Shown here one piece after another: positions 9,659 through 21,556 of a stretch of 64,000 nt of DNA. The position numbers and the translations under genes are program-made. The first letter of the stretch is position 1. Each line of letters begins with the position of its first letter. The stretch is from an uncultured Gammaproteobacteria bacterium. GTDB lineage: Bacteria; Pseudomonadota; Gammaproteobacteria; CAWCPV01. The stretch spans positions 11,117-75,116 of the forward strand of contig CAWCPV010000019.1 of the NCBI GenBank assembly GCA_963797555.1. Direction: 5' to 3'. A model generated the notes under the pieces. That model saw nothing but the letters and a program-made list of their open reading frames with translations. It did not search any database and was not told the origin of the DNA.

Positions 9659-11209
9659 TCAGGATGCAGCAGCCTGTAGGGCTGGATCCGGGGGCCCATT
9701 GAGGAACAAGCGGTAGGCGGGATTTTCCGTCTCCTCCCAGTACGGATAACCGATCTCGTCGAGAAACACTTGGAATCCCGATCGTTCCTCCAGCGGGACC
9801 TGGATGCCCACGAGGACCCGTCCATAGGCATCCCCGTGGTTGCGGTAATGGAACATGCTGATGTTCCACTGCTGCCCCATGTGCGTAAGGAAGTGCAGGA
9901 GGGCTCCCGGGCGCTCCGGGAACTGGAAGCGGTATACCAACTCGTGAGCGACTCCGGTCGCCTGACCGCCCACCATATAGCGCACGTGGAGCTTCGCGGT
10001 CTCGTTGTCCGTCATGTCGATGACGGGATAACCCTTGCCGCGCAGGTGAGCGATCAAGGTGTCTTTCTCGTTGTCCCCGCCACGCAGTTGAATTCCGGCG
10101 AACACATGGGCCTGTTCGGCATTGCCATAGCGATAGTTGAACTCCGTGATGCCGCGCAGGCCGATGCTATGACAGAACTCCCGGAAGCTCCCCGGACGCT
10201 CGGGGATGGTCGCGGCGATCAGGGCCTCCCGACGTTCGCCCAGTTCGGCCCTCTCAGCGATGTAACGCAGACGGTCGAAGTTGGTGTTCGCCCCGCTATC
10301 GATGGCCACCAAAGTCTGTCCTTCTATCCCTTCGCGCTGCACATAACGCTTGAGGCCGGCCACCGCTAGCGCTCCGGCCGGCTCTGCGATGGAGCGGGTA
10401 TCGTCGAAGATGTCTTTGATGGCGGCGCAGATCTCGTCCGTCGTGACCAGAATCACCTCGTCGACGCAGCGCTGGGCGATGCGGAACGGCTCCGCCCCCA
10501 CTTGGCGAACCGCTACGCCGTCCGCAAAGATACCCACTTGGTCCAACTCCACGCGCGTACCTGCCTGCATGGCGCGATAGAGGCTGGGCGCATCCTCGGG
10601 CTCCACGCCGATGACCCGGATGTGCGGGTAGAGGTATTTGACGTAGGCCGCGATCCCTGCAATCAGCCCCCCGCCGCCGACAGGCACAAAGACTGCTTGG
10701 AGGTCGCCACCCTGTTGCCGGAGGATTTCCACGGCTATCGTCCCCTGGCCGGCAATAACTTCCGGGTCGTCGTACGGATGAATGAAGGCGAGCCCCGAAT
10801 GGGCGGCCAGTCCCACCCCATGCTGGTAGGCGTCGTCGTAAGTGTTGCCGTGCAGCACAGTTTCCGCCCCCAGACGACGAACCGCCGCGACCTTGATGTC
10901 CGGCGTCGTCTTTGGCATGACGATCAGCGCCTTGATTCCGAGACGTTGGGCCGCCAATGCTACCCCTTGAGCATGATTGCCCGCCGAGGCCGCGATGACG
11001 CCTTGCTTGCGGGTGGCTGAGGGCAGGCCGGCGATCTTGTTGTAGGCGCCCCGCAACTTGAAGGAGAATACCGGCTGGAGATCCTCCCGCTTCAGCAGGA
11101 CGCGATTGGCAGTGCGCCGCGAGAGCAAAGGCGCAGGCTCCAGAGGGGTCTCTTGCGCAACGTCGTAGACCCGGGCCCTGAGGATCCTCTCGATATACCG
11201 GTGGGGCAT
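9659..11209 (-). CDS. ilvA: Threonine ammonia-lyase, biosynthetic
   Basis: KREDLQPVFSFKLRGAYNK PLP motif, ASAGNHAQG, two C-terminal regulatory repeats (PERPG). Confidence 0.97.
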   Translation of the reverse strand: MPHRYIERILRARVYDVAQETPLEPAPLLSRRTANRVLLKREDLQPVFSFKLRGAYNKIAGLPSATRKQGVIAASAGNHAQGVALAAQRLGIKALIVMPKTTPDIKVAAVRRLGAETVLHGNTYDDAYQHGVGLAAHSGLAFIHPYDDPEVIAGQGTIAVEILRQQGGDLQAVFVPVGGGGLIAGIAAYVKYLYPHIRVIGVEPEDAPSLYRAMQAGTRVELDQVGIFADGVAVRQVGAEPFRIAQRCVDEVILVTTDEICAAIKDIFDDTRSIAEPAGALAVAGLKRYVQREGIEGQTLVAIDSGANTNFDRLRYIAERAELGERREALIAATIPERPGSFREFCHSIGLRGITEFNYRYGNAEQAHVFAGIQLRGGDNEKDTLIAHLRGKGYPVIDMTDNETAKLHVRYMVGGQATGVAHELVYRFQFPERPGALLHFLTHMGQQWNISMFHYRNHGDAYGRVLVGIQVPLEERSGFQVFLDEIGYPYWEETENPAYRLFLNGPPDPALQAAAS

Positions 11210-11275
11210 GGCAGACGTTAGTGGGGGAAGCTGCGGCAGAGGGCGTCAGGGTGACATGACCATGGGAACTATTCA

Positions 11276-11932
11276 ATGACGGGAGAACTGCTGAAACGCG
11301 CCGCGGCTGAGGCGGCGATCGACTACGTGCCCTCGGGCGGCGTTCTGGGCGTGGGCACCGGATCCACGGTCAATCACTTCATCGAGGCTTTAGCCCGAGT
11401 CAAACACCGGTTGGACGGGGCGGTATCGAGCTCGGAGGAGACCACGGCGCGGCTCAAGCAGCACAGCATACCCGTGATGGATCTGAATACGGTCGGCGAG
11501 ATCGCGGTGTACGTTGACGGAGCCGACGAGACGAACCGCCATCTCCAGTTGATCAAGGGCGGCGGGGGTGCGCTCACCCGCGAGAAAGTCATCGCTGCAG
11601 CCGCCCGCCAATTTGTGTGTATCGCGGATGAGACGAAGCTGGTGGACGTCCTCGGTCAGTTCCCGCTGCCGGTGGAGACGATTCCCATGGCCCGCAGCTA
11701 TGTGGCGCATCAGCTCGTCAAGGCCGGAGGGCGCCCCGTTTGGCGTGAGCGATTCATCACGGACAACGGAAACGTGATTCTAGACGTACACGGGCTGCAG
11801 ATCCTGGAGCCCGCCAGGCTAGAGAGCGAGATCAACGACATCGTCGGGGTCGTCACGAACGGCCTATTCGCCCGCCGCCCGGCGGACATTCTGCTTCTGG
11901 GAACACGCCAGGGCGTCCGCAAGCTCCCCTGA
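11276..11932 (+). CDS. rpiA: Ribose-5-phosphate isomerase A
   Basis: [29 protein letters not shown]; divergent from ilvA. Confidence 0.97.
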   Translation: MTGELLKRAAAEAAIDYVPSGGVLGVGTGSTVNHFIEALARVKHRLDGAVSSSEETTARLKQHSIPVMDLNTVGEIAVYVDGADETNRHLQLIKGGGGALTREKVIAAAARQFVCIADETKLVDVLGQFPLPVETIPMARSYVAHQLVKAGGRPVWRERFITDNGNVILDVHGLQILEPARLESEINDIVGVVTNGLFARRPADILLLGTRQGVRKLP

Positions 11933-11936
11933 CGAC

Positions 11937-12137
11937 ATGGGACGTACCCTCGTCATCCTGGGCGCAATCCTCGTGGTGGTCGGAGTTGCGTGGCCGTGGC
12001 TCAGCCAACTCGGGCTGGGCCGTCTTCCCGGCGACGTTATGATCCATCGCGACGGCTTCCGTTTCTACTTCCCCATCACCACGTCCATTTTGATCAGCGT
12101 GCTCCTCACGCTGCTCTTCTGGCTGCTCCGCCGATAA
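11937..12137 (+). CDS. Small membrane protein, DUF2905-like
   Basis: LGRLPGD..I.R.GF.FYFPITTSILIS signature. Confidence 0.85.
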   Translation: MGRTLVILGAILVVVGVAWPWLSQLGLGRLPGDVMIHRDGFRFYFPITTSILISVLLTLLFWLLRR

Positions 12138-12161
12138 AAAAACGGGGCCCGAAGGCCCCGT
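12136..12161 (-). terminator. Rho-independent terminator of the porin gene
   Basis: ACGGGGCC-CGAA-GGCCCCGT hairpin followed by a T-run on the minus strand. Confidence 0.85.
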
Positions 12162-12187
12162 CAGGATCGCGGAGTAGGGCTTGGTCT

Positions 12188-13318
12188 TTAGAAGTTGTGG
12201 TTGATGCCCATCGTCCAGCGACTCTCGTCCTTGCCAAACGGGACGCTGTCCTGCGTCTGGTTGAGGTTGTATGCGGTGTAACCGGCATAGAGGTCGGTCC
12301 GCTTGCTCAGCCACTGCCTGACACCGAACACCCACCCCTTGGTGCTGTTCAAAGTGAACGGCTCGCCGGTCGCCACAATCCGGCCCGTCGAGTCGGCGAC
12401 CTGGCCATACTCCAAGACCAGCATCGTGTTGCCGAACTTGGCGCTGCCGCCCACCTCCCAGGTATTGCCGCCGTTGCCGCTGACCACCGGCGCGTTGGCG
12501 GTGCCGATACCGGGGAACCGCGCCAGATACTGGTCCGCAAACCGGTCCTGCGTGATGAGTCCGGCATCCCACTCGTACTGACCGAACAGGGCGAACTGCG
12601 CGAAGTCGAACTTGCCGCCGACCTTGTATGCGTTCCCCTTGACGCCCTGGAACGCGCCGGTGTCAAGGTTCTCGGCCTGCGGCATATTGCCGTTCATGTA
12701 GTCGAAGAAGCCGAGCAGGGGGCCGTTGTTGTAGTGCAGACCGAGGCCGTACATAGGGCCGCCCGTCGGGGTCTGATCCAGGCCCGAATAACCGACCACC
12801 CTCAGGCCCATGAAGTTGGGGCTCTCATAGTTGACGGCTTGGGTTCCAAAACCCCCAAACCTGCCGGAGCCGCGCTGCAGTTCCGATTGGATACCTGGGA
12901 ACTCGCGGGCCTGAAGAGAAGTGCGGTACAACGGGTCGATGGCTGCCCCGCTGTTCTTGTACCCGGTGTTAACGGTACCGAACACCAGCCGACCGTAGCT
13001 ATCGTCCTGGAGCCCGACAAACTGCTCGCGGTCGCTCAGGGTGTTGGTCTGGCCGGGAAACTGAGTCACGGTGGGATCGAGCTGCCACTCGAAGTGGAAG
13101 ACTGCCTTCAGACCATTGCCCAAATCTTCACTGCCCTTGAAGCCAAAAGCGGACTGGTTGCTGCCCATGTAGGTATTTTGCTGATTACCGAACAGCGGAA
13201 CGTTGTTGTCGCCGTTGATGCTGAGACGAGCGGTGCCGAATAGCGTCGTGTCCGCCTGCGCCGCCAGCGGCGCCGCGAGCGCAGCAGAAACTGCCAACAT
13301 CACCAATTTCTTGTTCAT
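12188..13318 (-). CDS. Gram-negative trimeric porin
   Basis: Signal peptide ending AAQA, FGFKGSEDLGNGLKAVFHFE, LSKRTDLYAGY, C-terminal HNF. Confidence 0.92.
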   Translation of the reverse strand: MNKKLVMLAVSAALAAPLAAQADTTLFGTARLSINGDNNVPLFGNQQNTYMGSNQSAFGFKGSEDLGNGLKAVFHFEWQLDPTVTQFPGQTNTLSDREQFVGLQDDSYGRLVFGTVNTGYKNSGAAIDPLYRTSLQAREFPGIQSELQRGSGRFGGFGTQAVNYESPNFMGLRVVGYSGLDQTPTGGPMYGLGLHYNNGPLLGFFDYMNGNMPQAENLDTGAFQGVKGNAYKVGGKFDFAQFALFGQYEWDAGLITQDRFADQYLARFPGIGTANAPVVSGNGGNTWEVGGSAKFGNTMLVLEYGQVADSTGRIVATGEPFTLNSTKGWVFGVRQWLSKRTDLYAGYTAYNLNQTQDSVPFGKDESRWTMGINHNF

Positions 13319-14639
13319 CTGCTTCTCCTATCTGCCTTCACACCTTAAGGGTTGAACACCTGCCGAACTAAGGATAGTACACTGTGTGTTGAATTGCAAC
13401 ATGGCGTCCAAAAAGCGACAGCGCTTTACAATGTAGCTAAATAGCAACGTCTCGCCTGCCGGAGGCCCGAAGTCACGGCGAGGGAGAAGGGCAGATATTC
13501 TACAGCTAGGTTGGTTAGTTTTCAGCGAACTGGTAGTCCTGACTGTGCAGAGCGGCCTCGGATCGGCGTGCGGAGGGGTTCTTGGCGGAGTCGGGACCGA
13601 TGGCGCTGAATTGCGGGCGTAGGTTCCCGCCGGGGCATTGTGGGACCCTGACCGAACTGCCGTGCGGGGTCGGTTCTACCCCGAAGGGGAGTTGGTAATG
13701 AGTGTAGCTCTTTTCGGACGATGGGAACGGTCAGGCAGCCTTCTGTAGCAGGGGGCTGGCATAGCGTGATGCGTGGTTGCGCCTTAACGCCTGGGCCTTG
13801 TAGAACTCCCAGTACGACTCGGAGTCGCCGCTGGAGGCGAGCGAGCGCAGCTTCAGAACGGCCTCGGCGCGTTGTAGACCCCAACGCGCGCCGGTGAGGG
13901 TCCATGCGGTTCTTGACCAAGTGACGACAGGCGCCCTCGATGACCCCGGTGGCGATGGGCAGTCCCTGGGCTAAATACTTGTCGTATTTCAGCAGGTCTT
14001 TGTAGGTCAGCAGATAGTTGGCGCACTCATCCACGGCTTGCCGCTCCTTGGGCAAGATCTCACCTAGTGTGGCACTGCGACGCATCCCCGCAGCCCACGT
14101 GGCTGGAATGGCCTCGCAAGATCTGCAAGGCCCGTTCGGCAACCCAGCTTTCGGCCTGCTCCGTGCCGGGAGCATGAAAGCAGTAGGCAGCCCTCCAGAG
14201 GTATTCGAGCACGTGCACGAAATCCAGAATCAGGATAACGCCCACGAGATGGCGCCGCATGCAGGCCCGGATATGTTTGAGCTGCTCTTGTGGCCATCGA
14301 CCAGCATGGCCCAAACCCGCCGTTGCTCGGGGTCACGGCGTAGGGCCTCCTGGAAAAGCTCCTCCGTCACCTCTGCGGGGTCGCGCTCGAGGCTCGCCCA
14401 GACGCGTTTGTTCTGTGCCCGCGCTCGCTCGGCACACAGCTCGTCCTCTCGGCCCATGATCGCCTCGGCGGTGCGAACCTGGGGCGCCGGGGGTAGACCG
14501 TTGCCACCGCGGCGCCGCAGTTGAGCGGCGTAGTGGTTCTCCAGGACGCAAGCGATCTCCTGCAGGAACTCGAGGAGCGCGGCGGCCTCGTCGGAGAGGT
14601 CTCTGGGCAAGATGGCGCCCCAGCTCCCAGGCGATGGAT

Positions 14640-14902
14640 TTGTACTGTCCATGACGTTGCCGGTGGAGAGCGGGACGTCGAACACGCGGTAGAGGCCGGG
14701 GTGCAGAGAAGACGCGACCTTGCGGCAGACCGTGGTCTTGCCGCTGCCCACCTCGCCGGTGATGAGCCCGATGGCGCGCAGCTCCAGCAGATGCTTGAGG
14801 CGCGCCTCAGCCGAGGTCGAGGTGCCCGAGGCGAAGAGCGCTTCGGGGGCGAGTTCGCAGTCGAAGGGGAAGTGGGTGAAGCCGAAGTGTTTGCGGTAAC
14901 AT
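14640..14902 (-). pseudogene. ExeA-family AAA ATPase, N-terminal fragment
   Basis: YRKHFGFTHFPF...IGLITGEVGSGKTTVCR (Walker A), truncated. Confidence 0.75.
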
Positions 14903-14985
14903 CAGCTCTTCTCCTCGGGGTCACGGAGGTCACGCAGGTTGAGCCCTGAAGGCGGCTGTGGCGCTGGAGCATCGGGGGTCAAGGT

Positions 14986-16243
14986 TCAGGAGGGTCGCTG
15001 GCGCTTGACGAAGCAGTTGGCGTAGAGGTCGACGGGTTTGGCGAGCTGGATGGGTTGGCCCGGGTGGCAGACCTGGATGGGGCGCCCTGGGGGAGCAGCA
15101 GGGTCGTAGCGCAGGGCGACGGTCTCACCCACCAGCGCCGCCTCGACCTCGTAGACCACTCCGTTCAGGCTCACCGTGCGGTCCTTCTGCACCTTGCGTT
15201 TGGCCTCGAAGAGAAAGACCTCGTCGAGGTCCAGGATGGGCTCGGGAAAGCGCACCTCATGGGCCTGGGTCGCCCAGTGCTCGATCGGGGTCTGGCCATC
15301 GAGCCCGCGATGCGGGCTGTGGTGGTACTCGCCCTCGACCCAGGCCCACAGGCGGCGGTTGAGGGCCTCGAGGCTCCTGAGATCCTCGGGTCCCCGTGGG
15401 CAGGAGTTGGGAGCGCACCGTGCGAAACCACTGCTCTTGCTTTCCCTTGCCTTGCGGCTGATACGCCCGGGCATGGATGAGCGCCACCCCGAGCTTGGCG
15501 CAGATGAGCGCCAGGTGCTGGGAGCGGTAGTTGGCTCCGTTATCCACATATAACCGCAACGGGATGCCTCGGCGCATTAGGGCCTGCTTGAAGATGGGCA
15601 AGAAGGTTTGGGTACTCTCCGAGAGCGCGAAGGCGGCGAAGGGGATGACACGGGTCGCATCGTCGAGGAAGGCGATGAGGTAAGTCTTGCGCTTGATCCG
15701 GTTGTCGACCAGGACCGAGGGGCCGTGCATGACATCGCTCATCCACAGCTCTCCGGCGCGCTCGAAAGCGAATCGCCGGCGGTCGCGGTCGGCTGAAGCA
15801 TCGGAGTCTTTGCGCATCAGGCCGTGGCGGGCGAGCAGCCGATGCACGGTCGAGGGCGGCAGGGGGAGCGCACCGGGGACTTCTCCGCTCGCGCGGGCCG
15901 CGCGGATGACGAGCGGCACGGAGAGCTCGGGGCGGTCTTCTTTGATCGTGACCAGGAGGTCGGCGATTGGTGGCGGGATGGCGCGCGAGCGCCCGCGGTC
16001 GGCGCGGGGCTTCGGCATCAGGGCGTCAAAGCCGCCCTAGCGGTAGCGCTTGAGCCAGTCGCGCAGGGTCTCCGGCGCCACTCGGGTACGAGCGCTCCCA
16101 GGGATGGTGTAGTCGGCGGCGGCCTTCTCGCGGATGCGTTCATACAGCTCCTTGGCTCCGGGGGGCAGGTGCACGAGCTCGGCGATAAGCCCGTAACGGA
16201 ATAGGGCGATGGCGTGGCGGCGGTCGGTCTCGGGGTCGCTCAT
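14986..16243 (-). pseudogene. DDE integrase-core transposase with Mu-type C-terminal domain
   Basis: AIALFRYGLIA, LWMSDVMHGP, FLDDATR, YVDNGANY, YQPQGKGK, RKVQKDRTVSLNG; in-frame TAG at ~16037 and frameshift at ~15400. Confidence 0.85.
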
Positions 16244-16515
16244 GGGCAAGCTCCTCAGGGTCGAATGAGTCGCCCGAAAAGCTACCCGTTTCATCCAGGC
16301 GGGTCCGGCCCCGTTTTGTATTGGTGCGCCTTTGGGTGTTCACCGCTCGGGCACTGCGGGGGTCTGAAACCGAGCGGCGGCGGCAAGCACGGCAGATACG
16401 GGGCGGCTCGCTCGCAATGCAGGCAAGATGCAGTCGCGCTCCAAGTGGGCACGCCAGCCGCTCACTGTGGGGACACCACCTGAGAAGCGCTCCGGCATCA
16501 ACCCGCGCAGCGCGG

Positions 16516-16944
16516 TCAAGGCAGCCTGCACGGGTTTGAAGCGGTGGCGAGTCCAGCGGATCGCACCCGGCAGCTCGATGTCGGGTCGGGGCGCAGCCGG
16601 TCGGCGACAGCCTCCAGGCTGCTCGCCTGCTCCACTTCGGCAACCACCTGCTCAAGCTCACATAATGAGCCGGAAAGCCTGGCCGCAAGACAGTCAGGCA
16701 ACAGGCTGAAGCTGCAATGCCCTTCTCGGCAATACCAGCGAGGGATGCGTGTACCGGGCGGATGGACCCGCTCGTAGGTGCCATGGCGTGCCAACGAGCA
16801 CCCGCCGCCGGGATGCAGCGGGCACTGTGCCAGGCTTGCCTCGCGCCAGGCCTGCCGGTTAACGTATTCCTCGCCGGTCAGCCCCGTCTCGAATCGAAGC
16901 TGCACCGGCCACCGGCCCGCACGGATGCCCCCGTGGCGGGCCAC
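16516..16944 (-). CDS. Cys/His-containing accessory ORF of the transposon (frameshifted)
   Basis: CPLHPGGGC..ARHGTYER...RWYC...FSLLPDCLA, upstream of the DDE transposase. Confidence 0.55.
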   Translation of the reverse strand: MARHGGIRAGRWPVQLRFETGLTGEEYVNRQAWREASLAQCPLHPGGGCSLARHGTYERVHPPGTRIPRWYCREGHCSFSLLPDCLAARLSGSLCELEQVVAEVEQASSLEAVADRLRPDPTSSCRVRSAGLATASNPCRLP

Positions 16945-17409
16945 TCCCCCCCTTCACACGGGCACCCTGCCCGCTCTGCTACGAAGGTAATTGCCGGTGG
17001 ATCCTCTCTCACCATCCCATCGATGCCGACCACTCACCGGTGAAAACACTCTGACCACTCCCCCCGGTGGCCAGCGATCAAGTCAGAGAGCTAACACTCC
17101 GCCACGCGCTTGCCTAGACCATGCGAGTGCTTATCCGCCGGCAGGTTCAGCTCTGCGTCCGAGGGAAACACACTGTCGTGGCCAGCCATCCCGTAGCGCA
17201 TTCGCTGCACCGTCACTTCCCCGAACAACGTCATCAGCGCGCGCTCGCAGTGCTTGCGCCAGTGCACCCGTAGCACTCCGTCCGCACCCCTGAGCGCTTT
17301 CCCGTTGGGCTTCACACGTGGCGCGCAAGTCCAAATTCCCTTGCAGCAGAAGTCTCTCAAGAAACAGAACTGTAGGCAGCCGTTTTCATGCGGCTGCTCC
17401 TATCGGGTT

Positions 17410-19121
17410 CCTGAATCCGCAGCCTGACTCGGCGAAACAACTAATAACAAGTTGATATATTTGGCATAATCCGGTTTTCCGAGTTTCACCCAATGGGTGC
17501 CATGGCTCAAAATGTCCTCCACCCTTCTCGCGACCCGCTTCCCACCTTTAAGCTCAAGCAAGGCAACGAACTGCTTACCGACCACGCCGGGCTTTCGCTG
17601 GTGGGTCTGGCCTTGGCGAAATTCGCCAAGGTCGGCCAGACACTGGATGCAGCCATCCCCAAGCGCTGCGGGTTGAGCGTCGGGGAAATCGTCACGGCCT
17701 ATGTGGGACTGCTGTGCACCGGCAAGTCGGACTTCGATGCCATCGAGAACCACCGCCAGGACGGTTTCTTCGCCGAGGCACTGGGGCTTTCCGCGATACC
17801 TGCGGCCTCCACCCTGCGCATGCAACTGGATGCCCAGGCCGACCAGCTTATCTTGCTGACAGATGGCCGGTCGGTCAGGCTCCTCAAAGAGTCTGGCGCC
17901 CCCATCACCCCGCTGGCCTGCGGGCTGGTACCGATGGACATCGACGTGTTCACCCAGGACAACGGCCGGACCCGGAAGGAAGGCGTATCGCGCACCTACG
18001 CGGGCACGGACGGCTATGCGCCGATTGCGGCGTATGTGGGCCAGGAAGGCTGGTGTGTGGCCCTGGAGTTGCGCGAAGGCAGGCAGCACTCGGCCAAGGA
18101 GACGGAATACACCCTGGAACGCGCGCGCTCAGGAACTGACCACAGCGGGCATCCGGGTGCGCTGGGATGCCGGCTTCCATGCCGCCCGGCTTTCCCACCA
18201 GATCGAGGCCGCCTCGGCTGCCCGCCAGGCGGCGGGGGGAGAGCCGATCCACTTTCTGGTCAAGGGCAACCCGCGCGGCATGGACATCCAGGCCCTGCAT
18301 GCAGAGCGCCTCGAAGCTCAAGCTATCGCCTGTTTGCCGCGCGAAGGCAAGCGGATCTGGGTCTGGGAGACCCAGGAGAGGAATCGCCAGGCGCCGCAGG
18401 TGCTGTCGCATCGCCGCATCCATCGCCTGATCGAGCGGACTGTGGATGCCCAAGGCCAGAGGTTGCTGGTACCCAAGATCGAGTTCGACTTCTGGGATAC
18501 CACCTTGCCGGCCGAGTTCCGCCCGATCGAGGTGATCCGCCTGTATGAAGACCATGGCACGCATGAGCAATTCCACGAGCCGAGTTCAAGACGGACCTGG
18601 ACTTGGAGCGCCTGCCCTCGGGCAAATTCGCCACCAACGATCTGATCCTGTCGCTGGCCATGCTGGCTTACAACGGGCTGCGCCTGATGGGGCAATCTGC
18701 TTTGTTGTCGGAGGATGCGCCGATACGCCACTCGGCCAAACGTCGGCGTCTGAAGACCGTTATCCAGGAGTTGATCACTGTGAGCGCTAAGCTCGTCCTG
18801 CATGCACGCCGCAAGATTCTCAACTTTGGCCGCCATTGTCCGGCGTTTGTGGTTTTCGAGCGTTTGTATGGCCAGTGGTCCTCGGCGTAGCCGACGCCGT
18901 CGCCAAAACGAGGCACTGATCGGCCACGGCCGAGGCGGGCGTTCGCCCAGACAGGCGGAACAATGCGGGTGGATACCCGCCTTCTCCCTTGAGAAAGGGT
19001 CTTTGCACGGATTTGGCCCACCAACAACGGGGAACTTGCCGCAATCGGAGTCAGCGAGCTTCAAAAAAACGCCTCGTTCGGTCAAGGTGGAGGCTCGTGC
19101 CAGTGAACTTGCGGATTCAGG
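17410..19121 (+). mobile_element. IS1380-family insertion sequence, transposase 17502-18890 frameshifted
   Basis: Inverted repeats CCTGAATCCGCA / TGCGGATTCAGG with 5-bp target duplication GGGTT; KEGVSRTYAGTDGYAP, ELREGRQHS, HGTHEQFH, ERLPSGKFATN motifs. Confidence 0.92.
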
Positions 19122-19457
19122 GGGTTGATTTGGAAGCCCAGCGCAGTGGCACGGCGCTTAAGGGCGGCGATACTGCGTTCGCGCTGCTGCTCGTAGCGCT
19201 GCTGGCCCTGATCGACGAAGGTCTCGCCGCGGGTGAGCATGAAGTACACCATGCGCGCGAGCTTGTGTGCGCTTTCGAACCGCTCCAAGTCGGTGCCGAT
19301 CTCGCTCCAGATCTTCATCACCGAGTCCAGCCCCAAGCCGTTGATGCGCGTGAGGTCGGCACCCGCCCAGTTGGCGAGGTGCTGGCGCACGTCGAACTGC
19401 GCTCGCGCCCTGCTACCGGCTCGCGGCGCTTTACCCAAATCGACGCTGACGGCTCGG

Positions 19458-20631
19458 CTAGTGCAGTGTCTCGCAAATGCCTTTACTTATGCCGGACTGG
19501 TGCCATACTGGAAGTACGGGCACTGGGAGGCGGGAGCCATGAGGAGGATGTCCCTGGAGGTATTGCCAGAAGAGGCGCAAGAGCTGCAGCGTCGAGTGCG
19601 TTCGCACACGGTGGCAGTTCGGGATCGGCAGCGCGCCAGAATCATTCTGCTGGCTGTTGAAGGACTGGATCAGAAGGCCATCGCCGCGAAGCTGGGCACC
19701 ACGCGGGCGACCGTCGGGCAGTGGTGCCGGCGCTATCGGCAGCGGAGCTTGGCGGGGCTGGCGGATGCGCCCGGACGAGGGCGCAAGCCCAGGCTCTCGC
19801 AGACGAAGGTGAGGCGGGTGCTGGAGACGGTCGGTAAGCCGCCGGCGCATCTGGGGCGCTGGAGCTGCCGCACCATGGCTGCCGCCGCGGGCATCTCGAA
19901 GGCGAGTGTGCAGCGGCTGTGGGCGGCCAATGACATCAAGCCGCACCTGAACCGCCAGTTCAAGCTGTCCAAGGACAAGCACTTTGAGGCGAAATTCTGG
20001 GACGTGATCGGGCTGTATCTGGCGCCCCCGGACAAGGCGGTCGTGCTCTGCTGCGACGAGAAGACCCAGATGCAGGCGCTGGAGCGCACCCAGCCAGGGC
20101 TGCCCTCGGCATCGGTCACATCAGGACGCGCACCCACGACTACATCCGTCACGGCACGCTCACCCTGTTCGCGGCGCTCAACTACTTGGAGGGCAAGCTC
20201 ACCACCGCCCTGGCGCGCAAGCACCGCCATCAGGAGTGGCTCGCGTTTCTGCGCCGCATCGACCGGGAAACCCCCCAGGACCTCGACCTGCATCTTATCC
20301 TCGACAATTACGCCACCCACAAGCATCAGGCGGTCAAGGCGTGGCTCGCGAAGCACCCGCGCATGCACCTGCACTTCACCCCCACCTCTTCGTCCTGGAT
20401 GAATCTGGTCGAGCGGTTCTTCCGCGATCTGGGCGATTTTCTCGCCGAAGGCAGCTTTGGCTCCGTCAAGGCGCTCGCCGAGGCTATCATCGCCTTTCTC
20501 GCTGAGCGTAACGCCCACCCCAAGCGCTATGTTTGGAACGCCAAGGGCGAGGACATCCTGCGCAAGATCGTCGCGGCCCGAAACCGGATGGAGCAGATCT
20601 GTGCATAGCTATTTGTGAGACACTGCACTAG
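19458..20631 (+). mobile_element. IS630-family insertion sequence (copy 1), transposase 19539-20608 with one frameshift
   Basis: Inverted repeats TAGTGCAGTGTCTC(G/A)CAAAT, CTAG at both ends; CCDEKTQMQALERTQP, ILDNYATHK, FTPTSSSWMNLVERFF. Confidence 0.93.
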
Positions 20632-21317
20632 CAGCGCTTGCAGCTTGAGATCGCACTCTCGAAGATGCTGCGCGATGTCCTCATACATCCCCAGCGCCTG
20701 CTTGAGCACGAACAGGTGCTCCTCGCGCCAGTTGCCCGTCAGCGCTCGCGCGATGTCTTGCTCGCTGGCCCGGATGCGCCGGCTGACGGTGCCGCGCCAG
20801 CACCCGCGCATCGCGCTGGCCGGACACAATGTCGCCGATGATCGCCTGGCCCATCACGTCGCTGATGACCTCGGTGAGCTGGATGTTCATCTGCACTAGC
20901 GCCTTTTGCATGCGCTGCACCCAACTGGCCTGCTCGGTGAGCCGCGGGTCGCAACGCTGCGCGCAGCAGCCCATGGCTCATGAGCTTTTGCAGCCACTGG
21001 CAGTCCTGCACGTCGCTCTTGCGCCCCCGCACGTACTTCACCTGCCGCGCATCAACCCGCCACACCTTCAAGCCGCGGCTCTCCAACACCTCCTACACCG
21101 GGACCCAGTACCCCCCAGTGGACTCCAGCGCCACCCCATCGACCCCGCAGGCGAGTAGCCAGTCGGCCAGGGCGTTGAGGTCATCGGTCATCGTAGCGAC
21201 TTCGCACACCGGGGCATCGCTGCGATGCGCAGGCACTGCCACCCAGTGACTCGATGCCCCTACCTCCACCGCCGCCGCGTTGGGAAAAACCTCCTCTTCT
21301 CGCTTGCGCATCGCCAT

Positions 21318-21556
21318 GGCCTGCTCCACTATCGTTGAGGAACGGCCTCGATCTCTCAAACGGGATGCGGCTCGCGCCGCTCACCCATGTCACCGACGAT
21401 TCCCGGACCATGCTCAGAGACGAGCTCGCACCAAGGCGTCGGCTAACGCCGCGGGCTCGCACCCATGACGTGTCGGTCATCTCGGCGCTGCCGCTCACCT
21501 TGTACCTCATCGGCGTTTCTTCCAGAACACCTGGCCCGCGCGCGGGATTGGGTTGC
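21318..21556 (-). ncRNA. Candidate IS110 bridge RNA in the left non-coding end
   Basis: About 240 nt non-coding end upstream of the transposase, containing CTCTGAG (matches the target flank) then TTGAGAG (matches the donor end), plus CCGACG/CGTCGG pairing. Confidence 0.55.

Larger units (their letters stand above)
14480..17097 (-). mobile_element. Decayed element: small ORF + DDE (rve/Mu-C-terminal) transposase + ExeA-like AAA ATPase + small ORF
   Basis: Left end TGTTAGC at 17097 cuts the ISKra4 ORF; component ORFs listed separately; right end not found. Confidence 0.7.
17355..21556 (-). mobile_element. Degenerate IS110-family element interrupted by IS1380 and IS630
   Basis: Transposase pieces from ATG 21317 (FPNAAAVEVG..HWVAV, ALESTGGYW, GRKSDVQDCQWL, DLTRINGL, AHKLARMVYFMLTRG) to a stop near 17386; a GAG core at both junctions, and removal rejoins the ISKra4 frame. 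Confidence 0.82.
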
